A DNA stretch of 64,000 nucleotides from Candidatus Binatia bacterium. Its GTDB lineage: Bacteria > Desulfobacterota > Binatia > Bin18. Below, piece by piece: positions 30,379 through 39,890 of the stretch. Under the pieces are notes generated by a model, which did no database searches, was not told where the DNA came from, and worked only from the letters and a program-made list of their open reading frames with translations. Location: NCBI GenBank assembly GCA_963666315.2, contig CAXXHG010000043.1:192001-256000 (forward strand), in the 5' to 3' direction. Position 1 is the first letter of the stretch. Every line of letters begins with the position of its first letter. The translations under genes and the position numbers were made by a program.

Positions 30379-31056
30379 ATGCACATCCTCGTAATTGAAG
30401 ATGAAGCAAAAGTCGCTAGTTTTATTCGACGTGGCCTGGAGGCGGAGCATTATAGCGTTGATATCGCCTCGGACGGCGAGGCCGGGCTGATCCAAGTCTT
30501 TGACCAGGATTATGATCTGATCATCCTGGATGTCATGCTGCCCAAACGCGACGGCCTAAGCATCCTGCAAGAGCTGCGTACGCATAAGCTGCAGGTGCCG
30601 GTCTTGATGCTCACCGCGCGTGATACTGTGGCCGACAAAGTCGAAGGCCTGGATCACGGGGCGGATGATTACCTGACCAAACCGTTTGCGTTTGAAGAGC
30701 TTCTGGCACGCATTCGGGCATTGCTCCGCCGTGGGAGTCAGACCCAGGCTGCAGTATTGACCTTGGCCGATCTTCGGCTCGATCCCGTCTCACGTGAGAT
30801 TACACGTGCAGGAAAGCGGATTGAGTTAACCGCAAAGGAGTTTGCGCTGCTCGAATTCTTTTTACACCAGCCGGGCCGGGTGCTCAGCCGCGTCGTGATA
30901 GCCCAACATGTATGGGGCGTGGACTTTGATACGTTTACGAACGTCATCGATGTGTATGTGAATTATGTGCGCAAGAAGATAGATGCTGACTTTAGCTCAA
31001 AGCTGATCCATACCGTGCGTGGCGTCGGCTATGTGCTGAAGGAGGCTGAGGCCTAG
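30379..31056 (+). CDS. OmpR-family (CusR/CopR-like) response regulator
   Basis: IEDE, LDVMLP, GADDYLTKPF, NVIDVYVNYVRKKID, TVRGVGY. Confidence 0.95.
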   Translation: MHILVIEDEAKVASFIRRGLEAEHYSVDIASDGEAGLIQVFDQDYDLIILDVMLPKRDGLSILQELRTHKLQVPVLMLTARDTVADKVEGLDHGADDYLTKPFAFEELLARIRALLRRGSQTQAAVLTLADLRLDPVSREITRAGKRIELTAKEFALLEFFLHQPGRVLSRVVIAQHVWGVDFDTFTNVIDVYVNYVRKKIDADFSSKLIHTVRGVGYVLKEAEA

Positions 31057-31059
31057 CCT

Positions 31060-32529
31060 ATGATGCCCCACAGTCTGCGCGCACGACTCACGCTGTGGTA
31101 TACGGCGTTACTGACCGGGATGCTGATCTTCCTCGGGGTGGCGGCGTTGATCCTGCTCGACCGCGGTTTGCGCGAAAACATTGATGCCTCGCTCAAGTCG
31201 GTTGCCGTCTCTATTGCCGAATCAGTGCGGCGTCCCTCACGTCCAGGACGCGACTTGGGGGCTGCCTTAGAGGCGATGCTCGGGCCAGGACCAGCGGCCC
31301 GGTTCTTTCGTCTGCTCGATCCGTTTGGTCGACCCGACCCGCGCGTTGTTCCGCGTAGCCGGATGAAATTCCCGCTGAGCCGAGAAGCGCGGCAGAACGC
31401 GCAGCGAGGACGAGAAACCTACCAGACGATCACCCTGCCTGAGGTAGCCGCCTCACCGCTTCGACTCTTGACCCTGCCGGTTATCGAGCGCGGAAGGATG
31501 ATTCATCTGATTCAGGTCGCAATGCCGCTTGAGAGCGCGGAGATGGCCCGTTCCCGATTTCTGCTCATTCTTCTCGGACTCATTCCACTTGCCCTTGGCG
31601 GGGCAGGCGTTGGCGGCTGGTTTCTCGCTCGTCGGGCGCTGGCACCAGTAGACACCATGGTTGACGCAGCACGAGCAATTGAAGCCGAGGATCTTTCGCG
31701 ACGGATTGAAACCGCAGACAGTAACGACGAGTTAGGCCGGCTAGCAACCGTACTCAACGACATGTTAGCGCGGCTGGAGCGTTCGTTTACTGCCGTGCGC
31801 CATTTTAGTGCGGATGCCGCCCATGAGTTACGCACGCCGTTAACCATTCTCAAGGGCGAGATCGAGGTTGCACTGCGTTCACCTCCAGCAGAAGACGAGT
31901 ATCGTCGGGTCTTAACGAGCTGTCTTGAAGAGGTGGATCGGCTCAGCGCGCTCGTGGCTGATCTCCTCTTTCTGGCTCGCTCTGACAGCGGCAACGTGCA
32001 GATTTCGCCTGCCCCGGTCAATCTCACGTCGGTCCTACACGATGCGGGTGGCGCCCTCCAGGCCCTAGCAGAAACGTCGCATACCACCTTTGTTTTTAGC
32101 GCCGCAGCCGATGTCTGGACGCGGGGAAGCGCAAGCATGCTGTTTCGACTCATTTTTAATCTGGGCGAAAACGCTATCAAATACACACCGGCTGGTGGCT
32201 CGGTTGAGCTGACGCTTGAGCAGACTGAAGGAAGGGCAAGGCTGTCCGTCAAAGACACAGGGCCGGGTATTCCTCCTGAGGAGCAGCAACATATTTTTGA
32301 TCGGTTTTATCGGGCTGATCCTGCTCGCAGTCGTGGCGGAACCGGCCTTGGGCTCGCCTTGGCCCGTTCGATTGTGCTCGCCCATGGCGGACAGATCAGT
32401 GTCAACAGTATCCTCGGGAAGGGGAGCTGTTTCATGGTGCAGCTGCCGCTTATTCCCCAGGACACACTTCGTGCTGAACAAGACAGAGAGGGAGAAGGGC
32501 AACGGGTTGAAGGAGAAACCGCAGAGTAG
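31060..32529 (+). CDS. CusS-like sensor histidine kinase
   Basis: Two TM helices, HAMP, AAHELRTPL, NAIKYT, DTGPGI, GTGLGL. Confidence 0.95.
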   Translation: MMPHSLRARLTLWYTALLTGMLIFLGVAALILLDRGLRENIDASLKSVAVSIAESVRRPSRPGRDLGAALEAMLGPGPAARFFRLLDPFGRPDPRVVPRSRMKFPLSREARQNAQRGRETYQTITLPEVAASPLRLLTLPVIERGRMIHLIQVAMPLESAEMARSRFLLILLGLIPLALGGAGVGGWFLARRALAPVDTMVDAARAIEAEDLSRRIETADSNDELGRLATVLNDMLARLERSFTAVRHFSADAAHELRTPLTILKGEIEVALRSPPAEDEYRRVLTSCLEEVDRLSALVADLLFLARSDSGNVQISPAPVNLTSVLHDAGGALQALAETSHTTFVFSAAADVWTRGSASMLFRLIFNLGENAIKYTPAGGSVELTLEQTEGRARLSVKDTGPGIPPEEQQHIFDRFYRADPARSRGGTGLGLALARSIVLAHGGQISVNSILGKGSCFMVQLPLIPQDTLRAEQDREGEGQRVEGETAE

Positions 32530-32539
32530 GGGGGCTCTC

Positions 32540-33034
32540 ATGCGATCTCGCAACGACGTTGTCTCATCCGGTCGTTCCGGCTTTTTCTGCCAGACTGTTC
32601 TGGCGGTCTGTCTCTTGATGTTTCTCCTTGTGTTAGGAGTAGAGCAAGTCGAGAGCGACTCCCCTGTCCGCGTCCGGTTTTTCGGCAAACTCTATCTCGT
32701 TCCCACTGGAGAGCCAGGCAGGCATGGCGATTTACTGGCGCTTAGGATTTCCCAGGAGGAGGAAGAGGAGCGCATTGTCTATCTTCAAGTCGAAGAATTT
32801 CTCAGCCCTTCAAAAGCGCAGAGCGAGTTCTCGCTTCTCCGGGACATACGCGAGGTCAAACCTTATGTGCGTGTTATCAATGGCCGGCTGCTGATTCCTC
32901 TACTCACAGAGGAGAACCTTCGGAAATCCATCATGGTCGGCGGTCTCTTCTATCGTTTGGCCGGCAGGCTCGCCATACTGACGGCCCACCTTGAAGAAGA
33001 AGAGCCCAGCTCCGAGCCAAAGCAGAAGAAATAG
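32540..33034 (+). CDS. Exported hypothetical protein, probable paralog of 62819-63259
   Basis: ATG 32540 follows GGGGG; hydrophobic N-terminal segment; VRFFGKL...GLFYRLAGRLAILTA. Confidence 0.6.
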   Translation: MRSRNDVVSSGRSGFFCQTVLAVCLLMFLLVLGVEQVESDSPVRVRFFGKLYLVPTGEPGRHGDLLALRISQEEEEERIVYLQVEEFLSPSKAQSEFSLLRDIREVKPYVRVINGRLLIPLLTEENLRKSIMVGGLFYRLAGRLAILTAHLEEEEPSSEPKQKK

Positions 33035-33120
33035 CAGTACTACTGGTAAGCGGAGAGGCTGTTTGAGAATTCCGGGTGTGGTACAGTGCCGACGAAAAAC
33101 CGGACACAAAGGAGGTGAGC

Positions 33121-33627
33121 ATGGCGGTCAAACCAGGCTGGGAAGGGCGCTGCTACGAAGATTTTGAGATCGGCGATATCTATCGCTGCCGTTTGGGGCG
33201 GACGATCACAGAGACCGATAACACTTGGTTCACGCTATTGACCTGCAATACAAACCAGATTCACTTCAACACCGAATACGGAAAACAAACCGAGTTTGGG
33301 CAGTGTCTGATTAATAGCGGCTTAACGTTGGCCATTGTTGCCGGACTCGGGGTCGCTGATGTGAGCGAGAACGGCTTTAACTTAGGTTGGGATAATATCA
33401 CTTTACCCAATCCGGTCTTTGCCGGCGATACGCTCTATTCCGAGTCTGAGGTCATAGAGAAACGCGAGTCCAAATCAAAGCCGCAGTGGGGCATCATCAA
33501 GGTTGAAACACGCGGCATCAAGCAAGACGGCACTCTAGTGTGTCAGTACAAGCGGAACGTGATGGTGTGGAAAAAAGCCCATCTCCCCAAGCGTGACTTG
33601 TTTCCGCAGTTGAAGAAAGAAGCGTAG
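33121..33627 (+). CDS. MaoC family dehydratase
   Basis: GRCYEDFEIG, GRTITETDN, NQIHFN, PVFAGDTL; SD AGGAGG. Confidence 0.92.
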   Translation: MAVKPGWEGRCYEDFEIGDIYRCRLGRTITETDNTWFTLLTCNTNQIHFNTEYGKQTEFGQCLINSGLTLAIVAGLGVADVSENGFNLGWDNITLPNPVFAGDTLYSESEVIEKRESKSKPQWGIIKVETRGIKQDGTLVCQYKRNVMVWKKAHLPKRDLFPQLKKEA

Positions 33628-33732
33628 AGAATCTGAACTCTTGGCTCACCTTCGGCCCCAGATTCCCGCCCCCGGCGGAGTCGGTCCCGTTGGGGCTGGT
33701 GTAAGGGCGGCGAGCGCGGGGGAGGGCTGCCA

Positions 33733-34389
33733 TTAGTCAGGCTTTGGAAATACCTCTCCGTGGCGATTCAACCAGGTCACTTCTTCGACCGGCCTGCGGG
33801 TCACTGGACCAAATTTTCCTTTTGGATAGCCTATCGGAATGAGCGCCTGGGTCGTGATGAAGTCGGGCAGGTCAAGAATTTTTCGCATCTTAGCCTCAGC
33901 CAGAGTTGTAATAGTTGTGAGCGAGGCACCTAATCCGAGTGCCCGGCAGGCTAGTAAAATATTCTGGACGGCAGGATAGATGCTGCCGCCCAGAATCCGC
34001 AGAAACGTGTCTCGATCAGGCCCTTCCAGGCGTTCTTGGTGACTCTTGCGCGATCGTAAGCAGGGAATAAGCAGCACCGGCGCCTCGGCCAGGTGTTCGG
34101 CAAGATAGGCAGCAGCGCCGACGTTCTTACTATTTTCCGGAGTAAGCCCTGCTTTGGCATAGGTCACTTCAGCAGCTCGCCAGCCACGCTGATAGAGTTC
34201 GGCAATCTGATCTTTTTGCTGTGCTTCGGTCACGACGACAAAACGCCACGCCTGCACTCCGCCCCCACTCGGCCCCTGCGTCCCGGCTTCAATGACTTTG
34301 TAAATAAGCGCTAACGGAACCGGATCGGGTTTGAGCCGGCGCATACTCCGGCAGCTGTACATAATGTCAAACAGATCGGTATCGGCCAT
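33733..34389 (-). CDS. Nitroreductase family protein
   Basis: RSMRRLKPDPV, PSGGGVQAWRFVVV, SIYPAVQNILLACRALGLG, PIGYP. Confidence 0.9.
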   Translation of the reverse strand: MADTDLFDIMYSCRSMRRLKPDPVPLALIYKVIEAGTQGPSGGGVQAWRFVVVTEAQQKDQIAELYQRGWRAAEVTYAKAGLTPENSKNVGAAAYLAEHLAEAPVLLIPCLRSRKSHQERLEGPDRDTFLRILGGSIYPAVQNILLACRALGLGASLTTITTLAEAKMRKILDLPDFITTQALIPIGYPKGKFGPVTRRPVEEVTWLNRHGEVFPKPD

Positions 34390-34492
34390 ACACAGTCCGT
34401 GCTCCTTTTCGTTTCGGCTGCGCCAAACATAACGGTTGTACGAGTACAGCACTAGGCAGCATGAGAGGGTGTTTGGAAAAGGGAGAAAACGT

Positions 34493-34566
34493 GTCATTGC
34501 GAGGAGCTAGAGGCGACGAAGCAATCTCTCGTCCCGCTCAGATTGCTTCGCTACGCTCGCAATGAC
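34493..34566. repeat. Nested palindromic element GTCATTGCGAG...GAAGCAATC...GATTGCTTC...CTCGCAATGAC
   Basis: Two nested perfect inverted repeats. Confidence 0.8.
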
Positions 34567-34647
34567 GTGTCCCGCGAGTCCAGATCGAGAGAAGTGGCCA
34601 TTGTTACTGCGTATATTCCCGACTCAAAGGAATGGAAATCCAATTGG

Positions 34648-34980
34648 TTAATCATTTATCGAGCGCTTTAGAATTTCAGACACCCATTGATTGATGCTTT
34701 TATTCGCGGCCGTTGCCTGAGCTAATATTTCGCTATGCAAACTCGGCGGAATTCTAAGATTGAATTTTCCCGAAAACTTCTTGGTTGGGGGTATACCCCT
34801 CTCTTCACACACCTCCAGGAGGACTTTTAGAGAATTCTTGAACTCCTTTCGATGGCTACTCGGACTTTTACCATAGATATCTGCACTTCCATTTAGCCCA
34901 AGAATCTCTCCCCGAAACTGATCGAGCTCTGGATCATATTCAATCTTCGCTTTGTAACCATCGATTTCCATCATATTCAT
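34648..34980 (-). CDS. hicB: HicB family antitoxin
   Basis: GYKAKIEYDPELDQFRGEILGLNG; C-terminal RHH FSGKFNLRIPPSLH. Confidence 0.88.
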   Translation of the reverse strand: MNMMEIDGYKAKIEYDPELDQFRGEILGLNGSADIYGKSPSSHRKEFKNSLKVLLEVCEERGIPPTKKFSGKFNLRIPPSLHSEILAQATAANKSINQWVSEILKRSIND

Positions 34981-35231
34981 GGCTTCACCTCATATAGCTC
35001 TAAGAATTTGCGAATACTGGCAATTGCGCCTTTATCTGTATTGGGGGATGGATGTGGTCTATGAAATACGCGGACTTCACCGACAAGCACTACCGCAACC
35101 CGTGAGCCAGCGCGTTCTGAGACATTCGCACCTAGCGCTTTGAACAGAGATTCGATATCCGACCAGGGGATATTGCCGCTAGTTGGTCGTTTGTAGATTT
35201 ACTCTAGCGTTTTCTAATACTTGCGCCTCAT
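34977..35231 (-). pseudogene. hicA: HicA toxin with two premature stops
   Basis: MRRKY*KTLE*IYKRPTSGNIPWSDIESLFKALGANVSERAGSRV...FHRPHPSPNTDKGA...; ATGA overlap with hicB. Confidence 0.88.
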
Positions 35232-35237
35232 TTATGA

Positions 35238-35271
35238 ATAGTACCATATAGTGATACTATATAAAGTCCAA
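35238..35271 (-). promoter_or_regulatory. hicAB promoter (TTGGAC-N17-TATGGT) overlapped by palindrome ATAGTA-N11-TACTAT
   Basis: Spacing and palindrome are seen directly; a HicB operator role is inferred. Confidence 0.6.
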
Positions 35272-35341
35272 GGCATATAACGCTTGGATAACCTGTTTTT
35301 AAATCGTAAATCGAGTCAAACTGAATGAAGGAGGGCCGTGT

Positions 35342-35911
35342 ATGACATCCCCAACGATTCGTGAAATTCCGGTTGAACCCGCAACCCCGGAGTCAGTTGC
35401 CCCATTCGGACAACTCCTCGGCGTCCACGATCAGGTCAAGCCGCTGCCGATTGGCTTCTACGAAGGCAAGGTGCGCGTGTATGCCCCGGTCGATTTTCAG
35501 TCTGATGAAGAGACCCAGCTGACCTTAGCTAGCGTTGATCGTCGCGATATGCAGGTGCAATACATGGAGCGCCATTTCAAGCACACCCAAACGTTTATTC
35601 CGCTTGAAGGAAAATCGTTTGTCGTCGTGCTGGCTCCTCCCAGCGAAGATGATATGCCGGATTTAGATCAGATGCGCGCGCTTCTGTTTGACGGCTCCTG
35701 CGGCTTTACTATGAAGATAGGCACCTGGCATGAGTTTCCGTTTGCTCTGATTGACCATTCGAATGTGATTGTGATCTTACGCCGTGAGACCACGCAGAAC
35801 TTGATGAAAGACCACGTTGTCGAAGGCGAGGCCCACGGTCCGGACCTGGATAAAAAGAATCTAGTCGCTCGGACTGGTGTGACGGTACAGGTGAAAATGC
35901 CGAACGCTTGA
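35342..35911 (+). CDS. Ureidoglycolate lyase family (cupin) protein
   Basis: APFGQ, MERHFKHTQTFIPL, GTWHEFP. Confidence 0.8.
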   Translation: MTSPTIREIPVEPATPESVAPFGQLLGVHDQVKPLPIGFYEGKVRVYAPVDFQSDEETQLTLASVDRRDMQVQYMERHFKHTQTFIPLEGKSFVVVLAPPSEDDMPDLDQMRALLFDGSCGFTMKIGTWHEFPFALIDHSNVIVILRRETTQNLMKDHVVEGEAHGPDLDKKNLVARTGVTVQVKMPNA

Positions 35912-35950
35912 GGTTGCAGTGAGAAGGCTCTTAGGGAAGTATGAGAAGGA

Positions 35951-36271
35951 ATGCAGCTAGACACAAACATCGCCGTTGCTCCAGAGCAAATTGAAGCGTT
36001 CTGCCAGCGATGGAAGATCACAGAGCTCTCCTTCTTTGGCTCTATTTTGAGAGACGACTTCCGGCCTGATAGTGATGTGGATGTCCTTGTGACTTTCTCC
36101 CCGGAGGCAGACTGGAGCCTCTTCGACCACCTTGGTATGGAAGAAGAATTCTCTACGATTCTTCATCGCAATATCGATCTCGTCAGCCGCCGAGCGATTG
36201 AACGAAGTACGAACTGGATTCGCCGTCGGGAGATCTTGGGGTCTGCGGAGCCGTATTATGTCGCGCGATGA
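35951..36271 (+). CDS. MNT nucleotidyltransferase antitoxin
   Basis: GSILRDDFRPDSDVDVLV (GS-x10-DxD). Confidence 0.9.
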   Translation: MQLDTNIAVAPEQIEAFCQRWKITELSFFGSILRDDFRPDSDVDVLVTFSPEADWSLFDHLGMEEEFSTILHRNIDLVSRRAIERSTNWIRRREILGSAEPYYVAR

Positions 36272-36703
36272 TGCGGCGCTCTTAGATATTGTAAAAGGCT
36301 GTCAGTTAGCGACTGATTTCAAGGGAGAGATTGACAAGAGAATTTTTCTTGATGATCTCAAAACCCAGTCGGCGATTCTCCACCTTAGATATTGTAAAAG
36401 GCTGTCAGTTAGCGACTGATTTCAAGGGAGAGATTGACAAGAGAATTTTTCTTGATGATCTCAAAACCCAGTCGGCGATTCTCCACCAACTGCTCCTGCT
36501 CGGCGAGGCAACGAAACGTTTGTCTCTGGAATTTCGGAGCGCTCACCCTGATATACCTTGGGGGCAAGATGGCTGGAATGCGGGATAAACTCATCCATGA
36601 CTACGATGAGGTAGACCTGGATGAAGTATGGAAGACGGTCGCCTCAGATATTCCTAAGCTCCTTACCGTCTTAGTCCCGTTAGTACCGCAAGAGAAACCG
36701 TAA
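36258..36703 (+). pseudogene. HepT/DUF86 HEPN toxin disrupted by a 103-bp duplication and a +1 G
   Basis: MSRDDAALLDI...LGEATKRLS...HPDIPW/KMAGMRDKLIHDY (R-x4-H). Confidence 0.88.
36281..36486 (+). repeat. Exact 103-bp tandem duplication
   Basis: 36281-36383 is identical to 36384-36486. Confidence 0.95.
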
Positions 36704-36728
36704 ATGGGTCTTGCGTCCTGTATTCTTT

Positions 36729-36753
36729 CTTCGCCACCTGAATCAGCTTCCAG
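36729..36753. repeat. Direct repeat of the Mo-hydroxylase 3' end (att-like copy 1)
   Basis: CCTGAATCAGCTTCCAG is identical to 39917-39933; 23 of 25 positions match with flanks. Confidence 0.7.
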
Positions 36754-37188
36754 CCAGTAGCATAGCGATTTTCTTTCCTTCTCATTTCAGGCCTCAAAAG
36801 CCAGGTGGCGGTGAGGATTGCTGTTGGGAATCAGAACACAGCGCAGAAGGTCTTATTCAATCTCGCGTTTCTTTTCCTGCTGAGTTGTCCATCAAGCATA
36901 AAGTTACCTGCACGACGGTTTTCAACGGCGACTCACAACTCTGTTTGTTTTCCTCTCGTGCCGAGTTTGCTACGGAATGGGGCAAATTCTGAAGGACCCC
37001 GGTGCACGGTCGCCGACGGGTCGCCTAGCTACTGACAACTTACTCTAAAACGGGGGAAAGCGGTGAACAGTCGGCTCATACGCATGCTGGTTCTGACCTA
37101 TGGCTTGTTGCTCAGCCCCGCGCTGGGTGCGAAAGGGTCAAGGGAGAACAGAGTGGCGGTAGATGGTGTCCCGCTTACATTGCTGCCA

Positions 37189-38031
37189 CTATCCTGACGC
37201 TACTGTTTGATACAGACATCTCCAGCCAGATTGTGCTCCGTGGCAACGTAGAAACCGAGAGTGGTCATCGTTGTAGCCCTCGAAAAACGCGACGCCCGAA
37301 AAGAGGTACTTCGTGGGTGAGCCAGGAACAGCATGCCACAGCCCTCCTCCACTGCACCCCTCAAACGACTCGGGCTGTAACTCGGGCTGGCTGTAATCCA
37401 CGTGAGAAAAGATGACCTGGAGGTCACAATAATCAAATCCATCGCGCTCGAAGACAGAAGGCGTCGGGCCGGTCGCCCAGTTCAAGCGGGAAGTATAGAT
37501 CGCGGGAAACAAGCCCTGGGCTCGCTCCGTAACCAGCCCGCGTTGCCACGGGTAACCTGCCACGTACCACAAACCAACCTGTGGATCGGGCCATTGTCCC
37601 TCTTCAAACTCACGCATGCGTTCCTCGTCCATTCGGTAAAACGCGTGCCGAGATTTGATATAACCGATACGACTATCGTCGGGTAAGTCGATAAACGCAA
37701 GATCAGGTCCCTCCGAGTCTATTGTTCCTTTCACTCGGTAGTCAAATACCAGGGTGTCTCTCTTTAAGTGAAAAGATGACGTGGAACCCTGGAGGACAAA
37801 TCCTATCTTTGCATCCTCTTGTTCGTTGCGGAGCATGTCTGAGACGTGAGCTGCTGTGATAATCCCTCTGCGACCAGTAATAATTACGAAGACGCCTGAA
37901 CCTGACGCAATTATCTCCGTGTCGCCATCCCTTTGTCGGTAGCGAACAAATCCAACGGTGTAGTTTAGCAAATCGTCCTGAACTTGATGGAATGTCTGTC
38001 TCTGCATTGATCGATAGTGTAAGGCTGCCAT
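37189..38031 (-). CDS. Standalone trypsin-like serine protease
   Basis: GSGVFV, ITAAHV (His), PDLAFI (Asp), GCSGGG (Ser); no signal peptide. Confidence 0.7.
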   Translation of the reverse strand: MAALHYRSMQRQTFHQVQDDLLNYTVGFVRYRQRDGDTEIIASGSGVFVIITGRRGIITAAHVSDMLRNEQEDAKIGFVLQGSTSSFHLKRDTLVFDYRVKGTIDSEGPDLAFIDLPDDSRIGYIKSRHAFYRMDEERMREFEEGQWPDPQVGLWYVAGYPWQRGLVTERAQGLFPAIYTSRLNWATGPTPSVFERDGFDYCDLQVIFSHVDYSQPELQPESFEGCSGGGLWHAVPGSPTKYLFSGVAFFEGYNDDHSRFLRCHGAQSGWRCLYQTVASG

Positions 38032-38278
38032 TGGTCGGTGGCACGGTCAAGGGATTCGTCACAACAAGTAGAAACTGGCATTACGATTGCGCACGGGCTC
38101 TTACCGAAGGCGAGATTGAGGAAGTAGTTAATACTGGTAGATACGTACTACAAACAGCCAAATGCGGCCTCTGGAACACAAGCTAGAAGATCCCGGAAAG
38201 TATCCTTACCCCAGGCAGATCAATCTTTTGAGTAGGCGGAATTGGAGGAAAAGCGTCAGACTCGTCTGACGGGGAGGT

Positions 38279-38341
38279 ATGACTGAAATGCTCGACTACA
38301 CAGAACTCAAAGACAAGGGCGGGCTTGAGCCCTGGCCGCCG
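38279..38341 (+). pseudogene. 5' fragment of an unidentified gene
   Basis: Strong SD GGGGAGGT, then MTEMLDYTELKDKGGLEPWPP, which runs into antisense PAS sequence. Confidence 0.45.
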
Positions 38342-39729
38342 CCATCGCCAATACTCGTCAGCGTCACATTCAGCCGCTCGGTGTACTCTTCAAGCAACTC
38401 TTGCAGCTGCCTGTGGAGAGTAATGTCGCGAATCGAGCCCGCCATCCGGGTCGGTTTTCCATCCGCAGCCCAAATACCTTGGGCTCGTGCGCTGAACCAA
38501 CGGTAGTCGTCGCTCTTCGTTCGCAACCGAAACTCCAGGTCAAACGGGACATTCTGTTCGAGGTGGTTGCGCAAGGCGAACATCACCCGGTCATGATCAT
38601 CCGGATGCAGAGCAGATTCCCACGAAGCGAACAGGTCGGGAAATTCGTGCTCCTGATATCCCAGGAGTTCCTTGTAGCGGGGGGCATAATACATCCGGTT
38701 GGACACAATGTCCCAGTCCCAGATACCTTCATCTGTCCCTCGGACGGCTAAAGCAATCCGTTCTTCACTGACCCGGACGGCCTCTGCTGCCCGCTTACGT
38801 TCCGTAATATCTTCAGTCGTGCCGACGTGGCCAAAAAGCGTACCGTCCTCCCGATACACAGGAGCGGTTCGAGAATGAACCCAGCGGATCGAACCGTCCG
38901 GCCGAAGCAGCTGAAACTCCCGCGAGAACTCGCGGCCTTCGCGTGCACACGCTTCCCATTCGGTCAGGACAGCTGCTCGTTCTTCCGGGACAATGCTCTG
39001 CGTCCAGTCGTCGCCTAGGCTGTCTTCTTTTGTACGTCCAGCGATCTCTAACCAACGTTGATTGATATACGTACACTTGCCGTCAGGATCGTTCTGAAAA
39101 ATTCCAATGGGGGAGGCCGCCGCAAGGGACTGATAGCGGCCCTCGCTCTGGCGGAGCGCTTCGTTACTTTCGATAAGAGCTCTCGTCCGTTCTTGAATTT
39201 GCTGCTCAATGTCCTGGCAGGCCTTTTGGAGGGTCTCTGCAGTATTTTTTTGCTCCGCAATGTCGGTAATCGTTCCGACATAGCCAACTACCGCGCCATC
39301 CTCTCCTCGCTCTGCTTCGGCCTGTCCCAGGACCCAAATAATCTCACCGGTAGTTCGCTGAAAGCGATATTCCTCACGAAATGGAGTGCGATCTTGTGAA
39401 GCCCGATTCCATGCAGAGAATATGCGCTCCTGATCTTCGTGGTATAGGGTCCGACCCCAGCCTTGACCCTGAGCTTCCTCAGCCGTGAGGCCGGTTATTT
39501 CGCTCCAGCGAGCATTGACATAGAGACAATGGCCCTGAAGATCCGTCCGGAAGATGCCTATAGGAGAGACTCTTGAGAGAATACGGAGCCACTTCTCATC
39601 TTCGAACGTGCTTATAGCCGCGGTTTCTTCCTGGCCGGCTACAGCCGCTAGGTGGGTAACACGTTGAGGCAACGCTCCCAGCTCGTCGAGGGGCTCCGAG
39701 CGGCCCTTCTCACCACCGCGCATACTCAT
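38296..39729 (-). pseudogene. Multi-PAS/PAC sensor truncated before its output domain
   Basis: Three PAS/PAC repeats (DITERK-type ends); the frame breaks at TLTSIGDG, the start of a fourth PAS. No kinase or GGDEF domain follows. Confidence 0.8.
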
Positions 39730-39890
39730 GCTCCATTATCTTTCGCACAGGGAGCCCAAGCCTGCGCATGCGGAAGTCCTCTCTCCACAGATAACGAGCA
39801 AGATTGGAAGTTGGATAAGTAGTAGGACAATTATAGCGCTGAGCGACCTGATCCGTAAAGATTTCTCATTATTAGAGAAATGGACGAAAT

